A DNA stretch of 64,000 bases from Hypanus sabinus (taxonomy: Eukaryota). The DNA is taken from the NCBI RefSeq assembly GCF_030144855.1, contig NC_082732.1:31434001-31498000 (forward strand). The letters are read 5' to 3'. The position numbers and the translations under genes are program-made. The stretch's first letter is position 1, and each line of letters begins with the position of its first letter. Shown here one piece after another: positions 12,665 to 25,787 of this stretch. Below the pieces are notes generated by a model. That model did no database searches. It saw only the letters and a list, made by a program, of their open reading frames with translations, and was not told where the DNA came from.

Positions 12665-15600
12665 AATAGAGTCATAATGTCATGGAATGCTACAGTACAG
12701 AAGCAGGACCTTTGGCCCATCTAGTCTGTCGTAAACCATTAATCTGCCAAGTCCCTTTGACCTGCACGCGGACCATAGCACTCCATACCCCTCCCATCCA
12801 TGTACCTACACAAATTTCTCTTTAATGTTGAAATTGAACCCAGATCCACCACTTGCACTTACAGCTCATTTCACATTCTCACCCGCCTCTGAGTGAAAAT
12901 GTTCTCCCTCATGTTCCCCTTAAATATTTCAAATTTCACCCTTCATCCTTAACCCGTGACCTCTAGTTGTAATGTCACTCAACCTCCGTGAAAAAAGCTT
13001 GCTTGCATTTACCCTATCTATACCCTTTATAATTTTGTATAACTCTATCAAATCTCCCCTCGGTCTTCTACATTCTAGGGAATAAAATCCTAACTTATTC
13101 AACCTTTCCCTATAACTCAGGTGCCCAAGTCCCAGAAACATCCATGTAAATTTTCTCTGCGCTCTCTAAATCTTATATACATCTTAGGTCACCTGTAGGT
13201 GGGTGACCAAAACTGCACGCAATACTCCAAACTAGGCTTTGCCAATGTCTTATTCAGTTTCAAGATATCATCCCAACTCCTGTACTCAACACATTGATTT
13301 ATGAAGGCCAGTGTGCCATAAGTTTTATGATCCTATCTACTTGTGACGCCACTTCCTGTATTCCCAGATCCCTCTGTTCTGCTGCACTCTTTAGTGCCCT
13401 ACTGCTCACTGTGTAAGACCTGGTTAGTCCTCCCAAAGTGCAACACCTCACACTTCTCCAATGAAGCCAGTGCCTAATCCAATTTACTCCCTCATCTTGA
13501 ATGCCGAGCAACTGAACCTTCTCAACAAACCTCCCATGTGGGGCCTGTCGAAGGCCTTGCTAAAGCCCATGTAGACAACATCCACTGCCTTGCCGACATC
13601 AACTTTCCTGGTAACTTCCCCAAAAAAACTCTATAAAATTGATTAGGCACCACCTACCACACACAAAGCCGTGTTGACTATCTCTAATCAGTCCATCTAT
13701 CCAAATACTTATCTATTTGGTCCCTTAGAATACCTTCCAATTAACTGTCCCAGGACTAATGTCCGGCTCACCAGCCTATAACTTCCTGGCTTATTATTAA
13801 ACAACAGGACAACATTGTCCTGTTATTAAACAACAGGACAACATTGGCTATCCTCCAATCCTCCAGCACCTCACCTGGGGCTAAAGGTGTTTTAAATATC
13901 TATGCTGGGGCCCCTGCAATTTCTGCACCAGTCCCCCACAGGGTCTGAGGGACCCTTGTCAGGCCTTGGAGATTTATTCACCCTAATTTGCTTCAAGACA
14001 GCAAACACTTCCTCCACTGTGATCTGTATAGGGTCTATGATCTCTCTGCTGCTTTGCCTCACTTCTATGTCCACCTGTTTGTCCATCTCCTGAGTAAATA
14101 CAGATGCAAAAATTCTATTTAAGTTCTGCCCCCTGCCGCCATCTCTTTCAGCACACAGATGAGCACTCTGATCTTCCAGAGGACCAATTTTGTCTTTTGC
14201 TATCCTTTTGCTTTATATATCTGCAGAAACCCTTAAGATTCTCCCTCTCTTTATCTGCTACAGCAACATGACTTTTTTTTAACCCTCCTGATTTCCTCAA
14301 GTGTTCTCTTGCATTTCTTCTGCTCCTCAAGTATCTCATTTGTTCCTGACTGTCTCTATCTGCTATGCACTTCTTTCTTTTCTTAAACAGGGTCTCAATA
14401 TCTCTCGAAAACCAAGGTTCCCTAAATCTGTTATCCTTGCCTTTTATTCTAACATACAAACTCTGTACTCACTTTTGTAGGCCTCCCACTTACCAAGCAC
14501 ATCTTCACCAGAAAACAGCCAGTCCCAATCTACGCTTGCCAGATCCTTTCTGATACCATCAAAATTGGCCTTTCTCCAATTTAGAATCTCAACCCAGGGA
14601 GCAGACATAATCTTTTTTCATAACTACCTTGAAACTAATAGCATTATTATCACAAGATGCAAGGCGTTCCCTTTCACAAACTTCTGTCATCTGCTTGTCT
14701 CTTCCCTAATAGAAGATCTAGCATTGTACTCTCTCTAGTTGAGGCTTCAATGTACTGATTAAGGAAGCTTTCCTGAACACATTTGACAAACTCTTTCCCA
14801 TCTAGCCCTTTTACAGTATGGGAGTCCCAGTCAATATGCGGAAAGTTAAAATCACCTACAATCACAACCTTATGTTTCTTGCAACAGGCTGCAATCTCCA
14901 CATATTTGCTCCCCTGAATTCCACAGACTGTTGGGTGGTCTACAATATAATCCAGTTAACATGGTGATACCCTTCTATTCCTCATTTCTACCCACAAGGC
15001 CACTCTAGAGATCTCTACAGTCCATCCTGTATGAGCAGTGCTGTGACATTTTCTGACTAATAATACCACCCCTCCCCCTTTAATCCCTCCTGTTCTGTCA
15101 CGACGAAAACAAAAGAACCCTGTGACATGAAGCTGCCATTCCTGCCCCTCCTGCAACCAAGTCTCACTAATGGCTACAATGTCTTAATTCCACATGCAGA
15201 TCCATGCCCTCAGCTTATCTCCTTTCCTACAGTACTCCTTGCATTGGGATATATGCAGCTCAGAATATTAGTCCCATCATGCTCAACCTTTTGACTCCTG
15301 ACTTTGTATGAAGGCTGAACAACATACTTCTCTACAACCACTTCACTATCTGTTCTGGCACTCTGGTTCCCATACCCCTGCAACACTTGCTTAACAACCA
15401 CCCCCCCCCCCCCCGATGCACTAGCAAACCTTCCCACCAGGATATTAGTCCCCCTCCAGTTCAGGTGCAATCTGTCCTTTCTGTACTGGGCTCACCTTAA
15501 CTGGAAGAGAGCCCAATGATCCAAATATTTGAAGCCCTCCCTCCTGCACCAACTCCTTAGCCACGTGTTAAACTGTATGATCTTCCTATTTCTGGCCTCA

Positions 15601-16470
15601 CTAGCATGTAGAATGGGTAGCAGTCCTGAGATCGTAACTCTGGATGGAGGTCCTGTCCTTTAACATAACACCTAACTCCCTGAGCTTACCTTGCAGGACC
15701 TCCTCACCCTTCCTACACATGTCATCGGTACTGACCACAACCTCTGTCTGTCCCCCACCCCACTTAAAAATGCTGCAGACTCAGTCCAAGATGTCCCTGA
15801 CCTGACAGCTGTGAGGCGACATACCATCTAGGAATTTCGTTCTCATCTACAGAACCTTGCTTCTGTTCCCCTAACCAATGAATCCCCGTCACTATAGCTC
15901 ACCTCTTCGATCCACCTCCATTCTGAGACACAGAGCCGGACTCAGTGTCAGAGCCCTGCATGCTGTGGCTTTCTTCTGCTAGTTCACATCAAACCCCAAC
16001 AGTATCCAAAGCAGTATACCTGTTGTTGAGGGCAGCGACCACAGGGGTACTCTGCACTGGCTGCCTATCTATCCCCTTTCCTCCTCCTAATAGTCACCCA
16101 GTTACCTGTGTCCTGCATACAGGGAGGTAGTTACGCCTTGTCCTGCATATCAACCCCTCAGCCTCCCGAATGATCTGGAGTTCATCCAGTGCCAGCTCCA
16201 TCTCATTAAGAGGGTCTGTTTAAAAGCTAAAGCTGGATGCACTTCTTGCAGGTGCTGTTGTCAGGTCTCTCTGCCTTCCCACATCCCACAAGAGGAGCAT
16301 ACCACTATCCTGCCTGACATCCGCACTGTTCTAAATGTGCAATAACAAAGAAAGAATAGGTAACCAAATAAACCCTCTACCCACAGCCTACACCTCTCCT
16401 CACTGAAGCCTTGCAAAGGTCTCAACTCCCCACTCCAACACTGGTCCACTCACACAATGGCCACTCTGCT
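12665..16470 (-). mobile_element. Near full-length degenerate CR1 LINE
   Basis: ORF1 start (VCSSCGMWE) and esterase-like LHLNWRGTNIL. ORF2 APE (VGDFNFPHIDW), RT fragments and CR1 3' end (TRGHGLR). Boundaries are approximate. Confidence 0.88.
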
Positions 16471-16850
16471 TAAATCTGGCTTCTTTTGACTGGATCTTGC
16501 CAAGTGCCTAATTATGCACAATCCAAGGTCTCTTCAGGAATTGTGACATATAAAACGTGCTGACTGCATCCACTCACAATCCAATGTCTCCTTGCAAACT
16601 ATGGTATGCAAAATGTCTACAATCTACAAGGTGAAGAGACGTTCTGAAGCATATTAAGCTAGTGATGACTCTGGCTGGAAGAGAACCATTGTCTCTCAAA
16701 AGTTGTGCACGGTTCTTCTTTCCTTGATATACAAAGAATGCAGAAGAACTGGAACCAGTGTTACACAAAAACAGCAAAATTAAGCAAGTCAGCAAAAGCA
16801 ACATTCCTTTAAGACCCTTTTGATTCTGAAAGGGTTTAGTAGATTAGATA

Positions 16851-17190
16851 CACTCTTAGTGGTGACTTTATTGGGTATAGTAGGTTTTTTTTGTTTTTTT
16901 GCATTATTCTCTAAACTCTAGAGACTGATGTGCATGAAAATCACAGGAAATCAGCAGTTTCAGAGATACTCAGATCACCCCATCTGGCGTCAGACGGGGT
17001 GGTTTGAGATCACAAAGTCACTGAGACCACATTTCTTTCCCAATCCAATGTTTGGTCCGAACAACAACAGAACCTCTTGACCAGGTCTGCATGCTTTTCA
17101 GCATTGGGTTGCTGCAACATAATTGGCTGACTAAATGTTTGCATTAATGAGCAGGTGTACAGGTGTATCTAATAAGGTGGCCACTAAGTG
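16851..17190 (-). mobile_element. Tc1-like non-autonomous element, shorter copy
   Basis: Same TIRs and internal sequence as 24059-24626. Confidence 0.78.
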
Positions 17191-18249
17191 AAGAGAAGGT
17201 GCTTCTATCAATGAGTAGCCAGAGTTATGACTCAGTAATTAAAACAATGAAGAACAGTAATGCCTTTAGCCAGAGGAGGACAGCAGGATGTAGTCAAGAA
17301 GAAGTTTCATGTGCAAGGAATGGGGTCAGAAGGTGGGTGGGAGGAATGAAGAGCATCAACACCATAAGTTCTAAATAGGCTGAATGGCCTTTTCTGTGGT
17401 TTACACTCAGAACTGTCACTGTGTTTCCACTTGGCACGGTCCCTACTGTTACTGCTGCAGCCCAGGCTAGAGCTGATTCTGATATACAGTGATGGGGGCC
17501 TGGAGGAATATCAAGGCTGTTTGGCTCCTTGCTGTCTCGCTTGCTTTTCTGCAGTCTCCCGGGCTTGAAAAAAGTGTAGATGACAGCATCTATTACTCCC
17601 TGCAGACTGTCTCAATGGTACCCAGTGGCTATAAGAAGTGGTTGGAGTTAAAGTCACATCACAGTTTATTACTACTCTCCATCAAATCTGATCAAATTGC
17701 AGGCAAGTTTATTTATAGGCTTCATTTAATAATGTAAGGGATGCCGAGAAGCTGCTTTAATGATCTTTCCTGACTTGTCTCAAGTGCATAACAATTCAAC
17801 CACGTCATGGATTCAAATCCCATTTATGGGGTTGGGCAGAGGTGTGGTCTGAATGAACCCGCATCTCCCTCAAAGGGGTGAGTATCTATGTATCTACCTC
17901 CCCACGATCAAGCCACATGTTTTTGGTCCCAGACTCTAAGAAGGACATGGCTGCAGTGGGGAAAGTGCCGACAAAATACACCTGCATGGTATGAGAACTG
18001 AGTGATTACAGCTCTCTGGAGAGAACAAACGGGTTGTGGTTGATGCAGGGCAGAAATGAGAAAAATATTTCGACTTGTGGGAAATCTAAAAACCCAAAGC
18101 TATCAGAACAAAAACTTTACTAATATGTCCAGAGGGAAATATCAAGAAACATCCTAGTGGGCAGGATGCAGAAATTGTTGTCACAGGGCTTGCCAAACCA
18201 ACTTTCTTTACTGGCATCAGGCTCACCCGCTGATGTTTGCCACCCTCCA

Positions 18250-18880
18250 CTGAATCTCACCAGAGTCTCTGGTTCCTACCCCCACTGAAAATCACTGTGT
18301 ACCAGTTCCCAGCCCCCTGAAACTCACCATGATCCCAGTCCCCACACTCCTGAAACTCACCATTCCCAGTTCCCAGCCCACTGAAACGTACCTTGTTCCC
18401 ATTCCCCACACTCCTGAAACTCAGCGGGGTACCCATTCCCTGACCCCTGAAACACATCATTCCCAGTTCCCACACCCCTGAAGCTCAGCAGGGTACCCAT
18501 TCCCACACCCCAGAAATTGACTGGGGTACCCATTCCCACACCCCAGAAACTCATTGGGGTACCTATTCCCTGACCCCTGAAACACATCATTCCCAGTTCC
18601 CACACCCCTGAAGCTCAGCAGGGTACCCATTCCCACACCCCAGAAATTGACTGGGGTACCCATTCCCACACCCCAGAAACTCATTGGGGTACCTATTCCC
18701 TGACCCCTGAAACACATCATTCCCAGTTCCCACACCCCTGAAGCTCAACGGGGTACCCATTCCCACACCCCAGAAACTCACTAGGGTACCCGTTCCCACA
18801 GTCCTGAAACACATCATTCCCAGTTCCCGCACATCTGAAACCCATCAGTCCTGGTTCCTACCTGCCTCTGAAACTTACCG
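18250..18880. repeat. 31-33-bp minisatellite with a 130-bp higher-order period
   Basis: CCCC(A/T)GAAAC...GGGTACCCATTCCCACA monomers. The 4-monomer unit restarts at 18444, 18574 and 18704. Confidence 0.93.
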
Positions 18881-19087
18881 AGGTCACAATTCTCACCCTC
18901 TGCTGAACCTCACAAGGGACCTGGTTGCTGTGAACCTTTTAAACTTGCAAGGTTCAATGGAAAAAGTTACCACAACACTGTGTAACTTTAAAAAAAATGA
19001 ATTATAAATATCAGAGAAACCTCCAGCATTTTGTGTGTGCTGCCCTAAATTATAAATGTACTGGGTTATTAATAGGAATAACATCCG

Positions 19088-19435
19088 AAAATAGGTTGGC
19101 AGGTTGGAGATACGTCTCTACCAAAGGAGGTGTGAGGCTTTCCTTCCTTCTGTTAGCCTGCAAGTCACCCTTGGGCAAGGTGTAGCACCCACTTAGTCCC
19201 CCGATCAGAAGCCATAGGAGCAGGTGGTGGATATCACAAGTCCTGGTTATGCGTCCACTGATGCCAGACAATCTCTGATGAGTATTGATAATGGCTGGGG
19301 TCACCTGTCTTGTAAAGACACTGCTCTGAAGGAGGAAATGGCAAACTACATTGTAGAATAATTTACCAAGATCTATCACAGTGTTGGAAAGACCATGATC
19401 GCCTATGTCATATGACACTACACATAACAAACAAT
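19088..19435 (+). mobile_element. Probable RTE-dependent non-autonomous retroelement
   Basis: 3' end GAAGGAGGAAATGGCAAACTAC...GACAC resembles RTE/Bov-A tails. Confidence 0.5.
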
Positions 19436-19692
19436 CTGAAAAATGGGAATTCTGTCAGTCTAATGAAACCAAATTCCCAAGCACTCTGATTATTATTGGA
19501 AAAGGTATGCAGGTTGGTATGCCGAAAAGCTGAGTGGAATGGGGAGGATCATGTGATATACAAACATCAGCACCGACTAGTTGGGCCGAATAGCCATTCC
19601 CTTGGCTTCATTCTGTGTATTTCTTGTCATCCCAGCATCGGGCATACCATCCCAATTGACAGTGATGACACTTCAAAGAACAATTGGCCTAC

Positions 19693-19737
19693 CATTGACT
19701 TCTCCACTGTTGACACGGAGCTGGAGCTTCGTTTATG
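19693..19737 (-). CDS. PLCH2: Candidate alternative 45-nt in-frame exon (HKRSSSSVSTVEKSM) in the X-Y linker
   Basis: Branch-like ttctcac followed by a strong polypyrimidine acceptor tctttctttcctctctgacag. Donor ATG|gtaggc. Phase 0->0 matches the flanking exons and there is no stop. No transcript evidence is available. Confidence 0.5.
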
Positions 19738-20119
19738 CTGTCAGAGAGGAAAGAAAGATCACGTGAGAAGTTGATGTAGGTGCAGTGGATGCCAGCTTCA
19801 TTAATAATCAATAAATCTTAGTCAAAAGCAGGAAAGGTATAAAGACAAGGTAGGTTGATGGACTGAATTGAATAGTGGAATGGGTTTATAGGGAGAATGG
19901 TCTCTTGTTACAATTGTTGTTTTTCCTCTCTGATCAGAAACTCTCGCTTTGAAGTCTGGCGCTGGTGCCACTGCACCACTGGCCATCTTGTTACAATGAC
20001 CGCAGCTAATCCCTGTTAGTAACAGCAGTGATGAGCCACACTAATCTCTCATTGGATGGCAAAGTGGGGAACTGAGCTGACTTGCTACAACCCAGAATAA
20101 GAGCTCATTCCTCTTTAGA

Positions 20120-20650
20120 CCATAAGGCATAGGAGCAGAATTAGGCCACTTGGCCCATCGAGTCTGCACCGCCATTCAATCATGGCTGACCTTTTTTATC
20201 CCCTCCTCAGCCCCACTCCCTGGCCTCGCCCCAAAACCAGTGATGTTGTGTCTGATCAGGAACCTATCAAGCTCTGCCTTAAATACAGCCAATGACCTGG
20301 CCTCCATGGCTGCCTCTGATAACAAATCCCACAAATTCACCACCCTTTGGCTAAAGAAATTCCGCTGCATCTCTGTTTTAAATGGATACCCCTCTATACT
20401 GAGGCTGTGCCCTCTTGTCCTAGAATCTCCGACCACATCCTTTCTGTATCTACTCTGTCTGGGCCTTTCAACATTCGAAAGGTTTCAATGAGGACCCCCC
20501 CCCCCCCCCCATTCTTCTGAATTCCAGTGAGTACAAATCCAGAGCTATCAAACATTCCTTGTATGATAACCCTTTCATACTTGGAATCATCCTTGTGAAC
20601 CTCCTCTGAACCCTCTCCAATGCCTTCACATCTTTTCTTAGATGAGGAGC
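20120..20650 (-). mobile_element. CR1 3' fragment (others at about 22065-22560, 30590-31280, 44830-45120, 53230-53520, all +)
   Basis: SRTRGHSL...RNFFSQRVVNLW motif. Confidence 0.82.
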
Positions 20651-21271
20651 AGGCTGGGATGATACAGGACATTATAAAGACAACATCTCCAACAGTTTTG
20701 GCTCTAAAGCTGAACTTGTTAGCTAATGGGATGATGGAGGCAGAAACATTGGCAAAATTAGAGTCTTGGATCTGTTGCAGGACCACAGACCATTATTGGA
20801 ATCCTGGCACGAGGCTGGTGAGGCTAACTTCAACTGGTATGGACACATGAGCTGGGCACAAATCCTGCTTACAGATTCCTCATGAATCTCTTCTATTCTG
20901 AGAGAGAGCTTTGGCCAGGACTGGATCCTTTACCTACAGAGAAACTGGCATCTTCCAGCTTCTCAAAGCTATGCCAAAGACTGTGGGCAGCTAAACTCAG
21001 CCATCACTCATTCAGGTGGGAAATATCTGTGTGTCAGTGCTCCAGCCACAGGATCTGGGATCCCAGATCAGTGGAAGTAGTATTCTGAACAAATACCCAG
21101 GCCTTCCAACCACCAAATTTATTCTGAACTAAAGATTAGTCACTGCTGCCCACAAAACTCGGGAGATTAGATGCTGACCCATTAAAAACACAAATTCCTT
21201 GAATTATTTTGTTTATCAGTAATAAAAATATGGGCACTGAGAGGAAAATTATGAACAGAAAAAAATCCGCA

Positions 21272-21422
21272 NNNNNNNNNNNNNNNNNNNNNNNNNNNNN
21301 NNNNNNNNNNNNNNNNNNNNNNNNNNNNNNNNNNNNNNNNNNNNNNNNNNNNNNNNNNNNNNNNNNNNNNNNNNNNNNNNNNNNNNNNNNNNNNNNNNNN
21401 NNNNNNNNNNNNNNNNNNNNNN
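21272..21422. other. Assembly gap (151 N)
   Basis: N run that falls inside a Penelope terminal-repeat copy. Confidence 0.99.
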
Positions 21423-23121
21423 CAGGCAGCATCTATGAAAATGAATAAACTGTTGATGTTTCAGGCCAAGACTCTTCTCCAGGACTCCAAGAAAAATAAG
21501 CTGTTAAATTGGGCAAGGGGAGTGTAGGCAGTCGGTTACGACTTCCAGAGAAAGGGTACCTTTGACCAGATACTCCCCCTGTAAACTGTCTAACAGCAAC
21601 CACTGATTGTACTGGAATTATAATCCAGCAGTCCCTCGGCCAAGTGTGGGCAGCTAAGCTCAACCAGCACTCATTCATTAACCATCAGTCAGGTGGGAAA
21701 TATCATTCTATCTCAGTGCACTAAAGCACTGCTCCAGCAATTTAATTACACTGAGCACTAAGCTAAACAGAATAGAATAACTAGAATGACTCTGTGTTAA
21801 AAACTCATTTCAGTTTTAATAAAACATATTATTTGAATTGTAATTGAAAATCTTATCCTTTCAAATAGAGCTCCACAGTGCTTGTAAATGCCTGTTCTCT
21901 ACTTCAGGGTGGACTTGTAGTTACTAGTGACTGAACCCAAGGAAACCAAAGCTTCATTAGGCACCCATAAAGGGCAGGATTCAAGCAATAAAACCTTTCA
22001 GGGAGGTCCTTTGGTGGGCATTACTGATATCTTTCACATGAAAAGGAAATAGATATAGACAAGAGAATATTCAAGTTCTGGTCACCATACTATAAGAAGG
22101 ATATGGAAGGTTCAGAGAGGGTGAGGAGGAGATGTTACCAGGATGATGCCTGGATTAGCGGGCAGGTCTTATGAGGATAGGTTGAGCAAGCCAGGGCTTT
22201 ACTCTGGAGGAAAGGAGGATGAGAACTGACTTGATTGAGGTGTATGAGACAATAAGAGGCATAGATTGAGTGGATAGCCAGAGACTTTTTCCTAGGTCAG
22301 AAGTGGCTAAAACAAAGGGGCATAAATTTAAGGCTTTGGGAGGAAAGTACAGAGGTAATTTTTTTAATTGAGAGTGGCAGGTGCGGAAACGGCTGTGTAA
22401 AGACAGGTACATTATGGGGATTTAAGAGACTTTAGTTGAGCACATAGAAGGGAAACAGAGGGCAGTGTGGAAGGGAAGGGTTGGATTGATATTGAAGGAG
22501 GTTAAAGTGTTGGCACAATATAGTCGGGTGAAGAGTACTATGCTGTACTCTTCTATGTACCACACTCTGTTCTCACTGTTACCATCAGGATGGAGGTACA
22601 GGAGCCTCAAGTCCCACACCACCAGGCTCAGGGCAGTTATTCTCCCTCAACAATTAGGCTCTTGAAACAAAGGAGGTAACTTCAATCACTGATCTGATTC
22701 CACAGCCTGTGCACCCACTTTTAAGGACTCTACACTTGTGTTCTCAATATTTATTGCTTATTTATTTATTATTATAATTATTAATTTTTTTCTTTCTTTC
22801 TTCTTTGTATTTTCTCACAGTTTGTTGTTTGTACACTGGCTGCTTGCCCACCTCTGTTGTGTGCAGTTTGTCATTGATTCTGTTGTTTTCCTTTGTACTT
22901 ACTGCAAATGCCCACAAGAAAATGAATCTCAGCTCAGTGTTTGTTGACATATATGTACTTTGATAATGCATTTACTTTGAACATTGATGTTCTGTTGTAT
23001 GGCAACAAAGACTGAGTATTACCTGAAGAACACAATATTAAGTAAATCCAACAGATCTGTGGCATTGCTTTGATCAGTCCTGATGCTAGGTTTGTGGCCT
23101 GTCCCACCGCTGAAAAGCAGT

Positions 23122-23770
23122 TGTAACACCCTGGGAAAGTTCTTTCTGAAGAAGCAGTGTTTGGGTTATGGTGAGAGATAATGGGTGCTTTGGATTGTGA
23201 ACCATCCAATGAAGGGAATGTGTTTTTATGTGTCTGACACCGGTGTGAGCTTTTTTTTTGGTTCAGTGGGAAATAAGGAGAGAAGACGCCAGAGAGAAGA
23301 GGTCGTAGGACTCGACCCGGAGCGGGGCCATGAATTGATGAAGCTTGGGGTGATCAAAAGAGGATCGGTGAAGGTGGAACCGTGAGCTCCAACTTGTGCA
23401 CATCAGACTGTTCCATTAAAATGGGCCCTTTTCTTTTTTTTGCTTTTTCTTTACCAACCCTTTAGCCAAATTGAGAATTGTAAACTTAAATTGTTTAATT
23501 GTATGCAATGTACTCTCCCTTATTTTGTAGTACTTATTTGCAACAGGGTGACCAGTCACGCAGCATCCACACAAACAGGGAGATTTAGTGGGCTTCCACT
23601 TCAATCTCCTATGTTTGGTGGGGGTCGGAGACAGTTAACGGGACCTACCCCTTTAAGGACGCGACTGAAGTACCATACTCATGGGAGCAGGCAAAGGGTA
23701 AGTGCAAAGGGCAGCTTCAGTATCGAATTTGGCCCTTTTCTTGGGGTTGCTTTGTTTCTAATAACAAGAG
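23122..23770 (+). mobile_element. Probable LTR-derived remnant
   Basis: Starts TGTAACACCC with LTR-like composition. No clean TSD found, and the end is uncertain. Confidence 0.4.
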
Positions 23771-24058
23771 TTGCCATCTGGAGTGAGACTGTCAATGTGC
23801 GCAGCTAGACTGTGACAGATGGAAAGATGATCAAAGCATTAAATGTAAGTGACTCTGTCGGGTGCGAACCAGCTAGATCTAGTGTTCCAAAGAGAGGATC
23901 GGCCTGCCTCATCCGTAGGAATATAACATGAGAGAAACAATGAAGGACTGGCATTTCTGTGGCATCTTTCATGGCTTCAGGGTCTCACCCACTACTAAGC
24001 ACTTTACAATTAACGTTGTTCTTTGAAGTATAATCATTCTTGTAAAAATAAGAGTCTA

Positions 24059-24626
24059 TATTCAGTGGCCACTTTATCAGATACAGGAGGTACCTAATAA
24101 AGTGGCCACTGAGTGTATTTCTGTACGTTCATGGTCTTCTGCTGCGGTAGCCTACCCACTTCAAGGTTCAATGTGCTGTGCGTTCAGAGATGTTATTCTG
24201 TGCATCACTGTTGTAACGTGCGGTTATTTCAGGGACTCTCGCCTTCTTGTCAGCTTGACTCAGTCTGGCCATTCTCCTCTGACCGCTCTCATTAATACGG
24301 TGTTTTCTCCAGTGGAACTGCTACTCGCTGAATGTTTTTTGCTTTCGTACCATTCTCTGCAAACTCTAGAGACTGCTGTGTGAGAAAATTCCAGATCAGC
24401 AGTTTCTGAGATACTCAAACTACCCATCTGTCACCAACAATCATTCCACAGTCAAAGTCACTTAGTTCACATTTTTTCCCATTCTGATGTTCGGTCTGAA
24501 CAACTACTGAACCTCTTGACCATGCCTGCATGCTTTTATGCATTGAGTTGCTGTCACATGATTGGCTGATCAGATACATTTAATGAGCAGGAGCATAAGT
24601 GTGCCTAATAAAGAGGCCACGGATTG
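24059..24626 (-). mobile_element. Tc1-like non-autonomous element
   Basis: TIR consensus CAGTGGCCACTTTATTAGG. Internal transposase N-terminal remnant on the minus strand. Confidence 0.82.
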
Positions 24627-25209
24627 TATTTGTGCACAGCAAGCTCCCAAAATTAACAATGGCAAAATCAGGTTCTTGATGCAAATTGAAGGATAAACAA
24701 TTGCCAGGGTCCGAGGTGAATCTGCTTTTGGCCTTCAATAAAGCGCAGAAGGATCTGCAACCAATTGTGCACCTGACAATAAACTTAACGAGACTTGCCC
24801 CTTGCTTCAGGGTTGGGGGTTGGATAGAAATGGGCTCAAGTTTCCCTTTGAAATCCGAGCACAAAAATGTTAAGTTGATGCTCTGTTGCAGTACTGTGAG
24901 AGGGCTGCACTTCAGAGACACCCTTCGTTCTGGAGGGGATCTTGAATAAGTCATTGTGTGCTCTTGATTAGTCCTATTGCAGGGCCTCTGCCTGAAATGT
25001 TGACTTACACCTTTCGTTTCCACAGACGCTGCTTGGCCCTTAATGTTTTATTCATTGTCTGTCCCTCTCATGATTAGGCTAGGGTTAAATTGGGGGTGGC
25101 TCGAAGGGCCAAAAGGACCTATTCCACACTGTATCCCAATAAATAAAATAAAATAGAGTAAGTAAATGAAGAAAGTCCAAGCGTAGGGCTCTCAGTGCCA
25201 TTAACTGTG

Positions 25210-25787
25210 GTGTTAACTGTTCAGGCTAACAAAATGGCTTCTCTGTAATGTTACTTAATGCTGTAATGGGTTTCTGTAGCTGGAATGTTTGGGTTATAAC
25301 TGCAGATAAGGGGGGATCTAACCAAAGGAGAGTTGCTATGCTATCTTGTATTTGTGAGCTGAGCAGGAGTTCGCTGTCTTTTTTCAGGAGGCGAGCGAGG
25401 AGGACAGATGTGTGAGGAGCGGACAGCGGTTCCAGGGTGGCAGATACTGGACGTCGGCAGTTCGGACGGTGGCCAAAGGCTCGGAAGGTCATTGTGGATG
25501 GAACCGGAGGTGTGAGCTCCAACATATTAAAATATTACGTGCACAAACTGATAAACTTACTGATTTGGCGCCTTTAGGTTATCTGTTTCGACTAACCCAT
25601 CACTAAGAAATAACTATAAAGCTGCAATGATTTACTTGCCTTTGGTGTAATGCCTGATATTTTTGTTGTGAGTGTGTACTGGGGAGGGGGCATTACACTG
25701 TATTTACGCTGTAGTATTGCCTTATTGGTGGGGCGATGGCGGTTCACCCTAGGTGAACGGGGGTAATTTGGGGGCACGGATGCTACA
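25210..25787 (+). mobile_element. Probable LTR-derived remnant
   Basis: CpG-richer block ending GGATGCTACA. No clean TSD found. Confidence 0.4.

Noticed and set aside
18257-18832. Repetitive Gly-rich ORFs and CRISPR-like periodicity
   Set aside because: This is a tandem minisatellite with no unique spacers and no cas genes, in a vertebrate intron.
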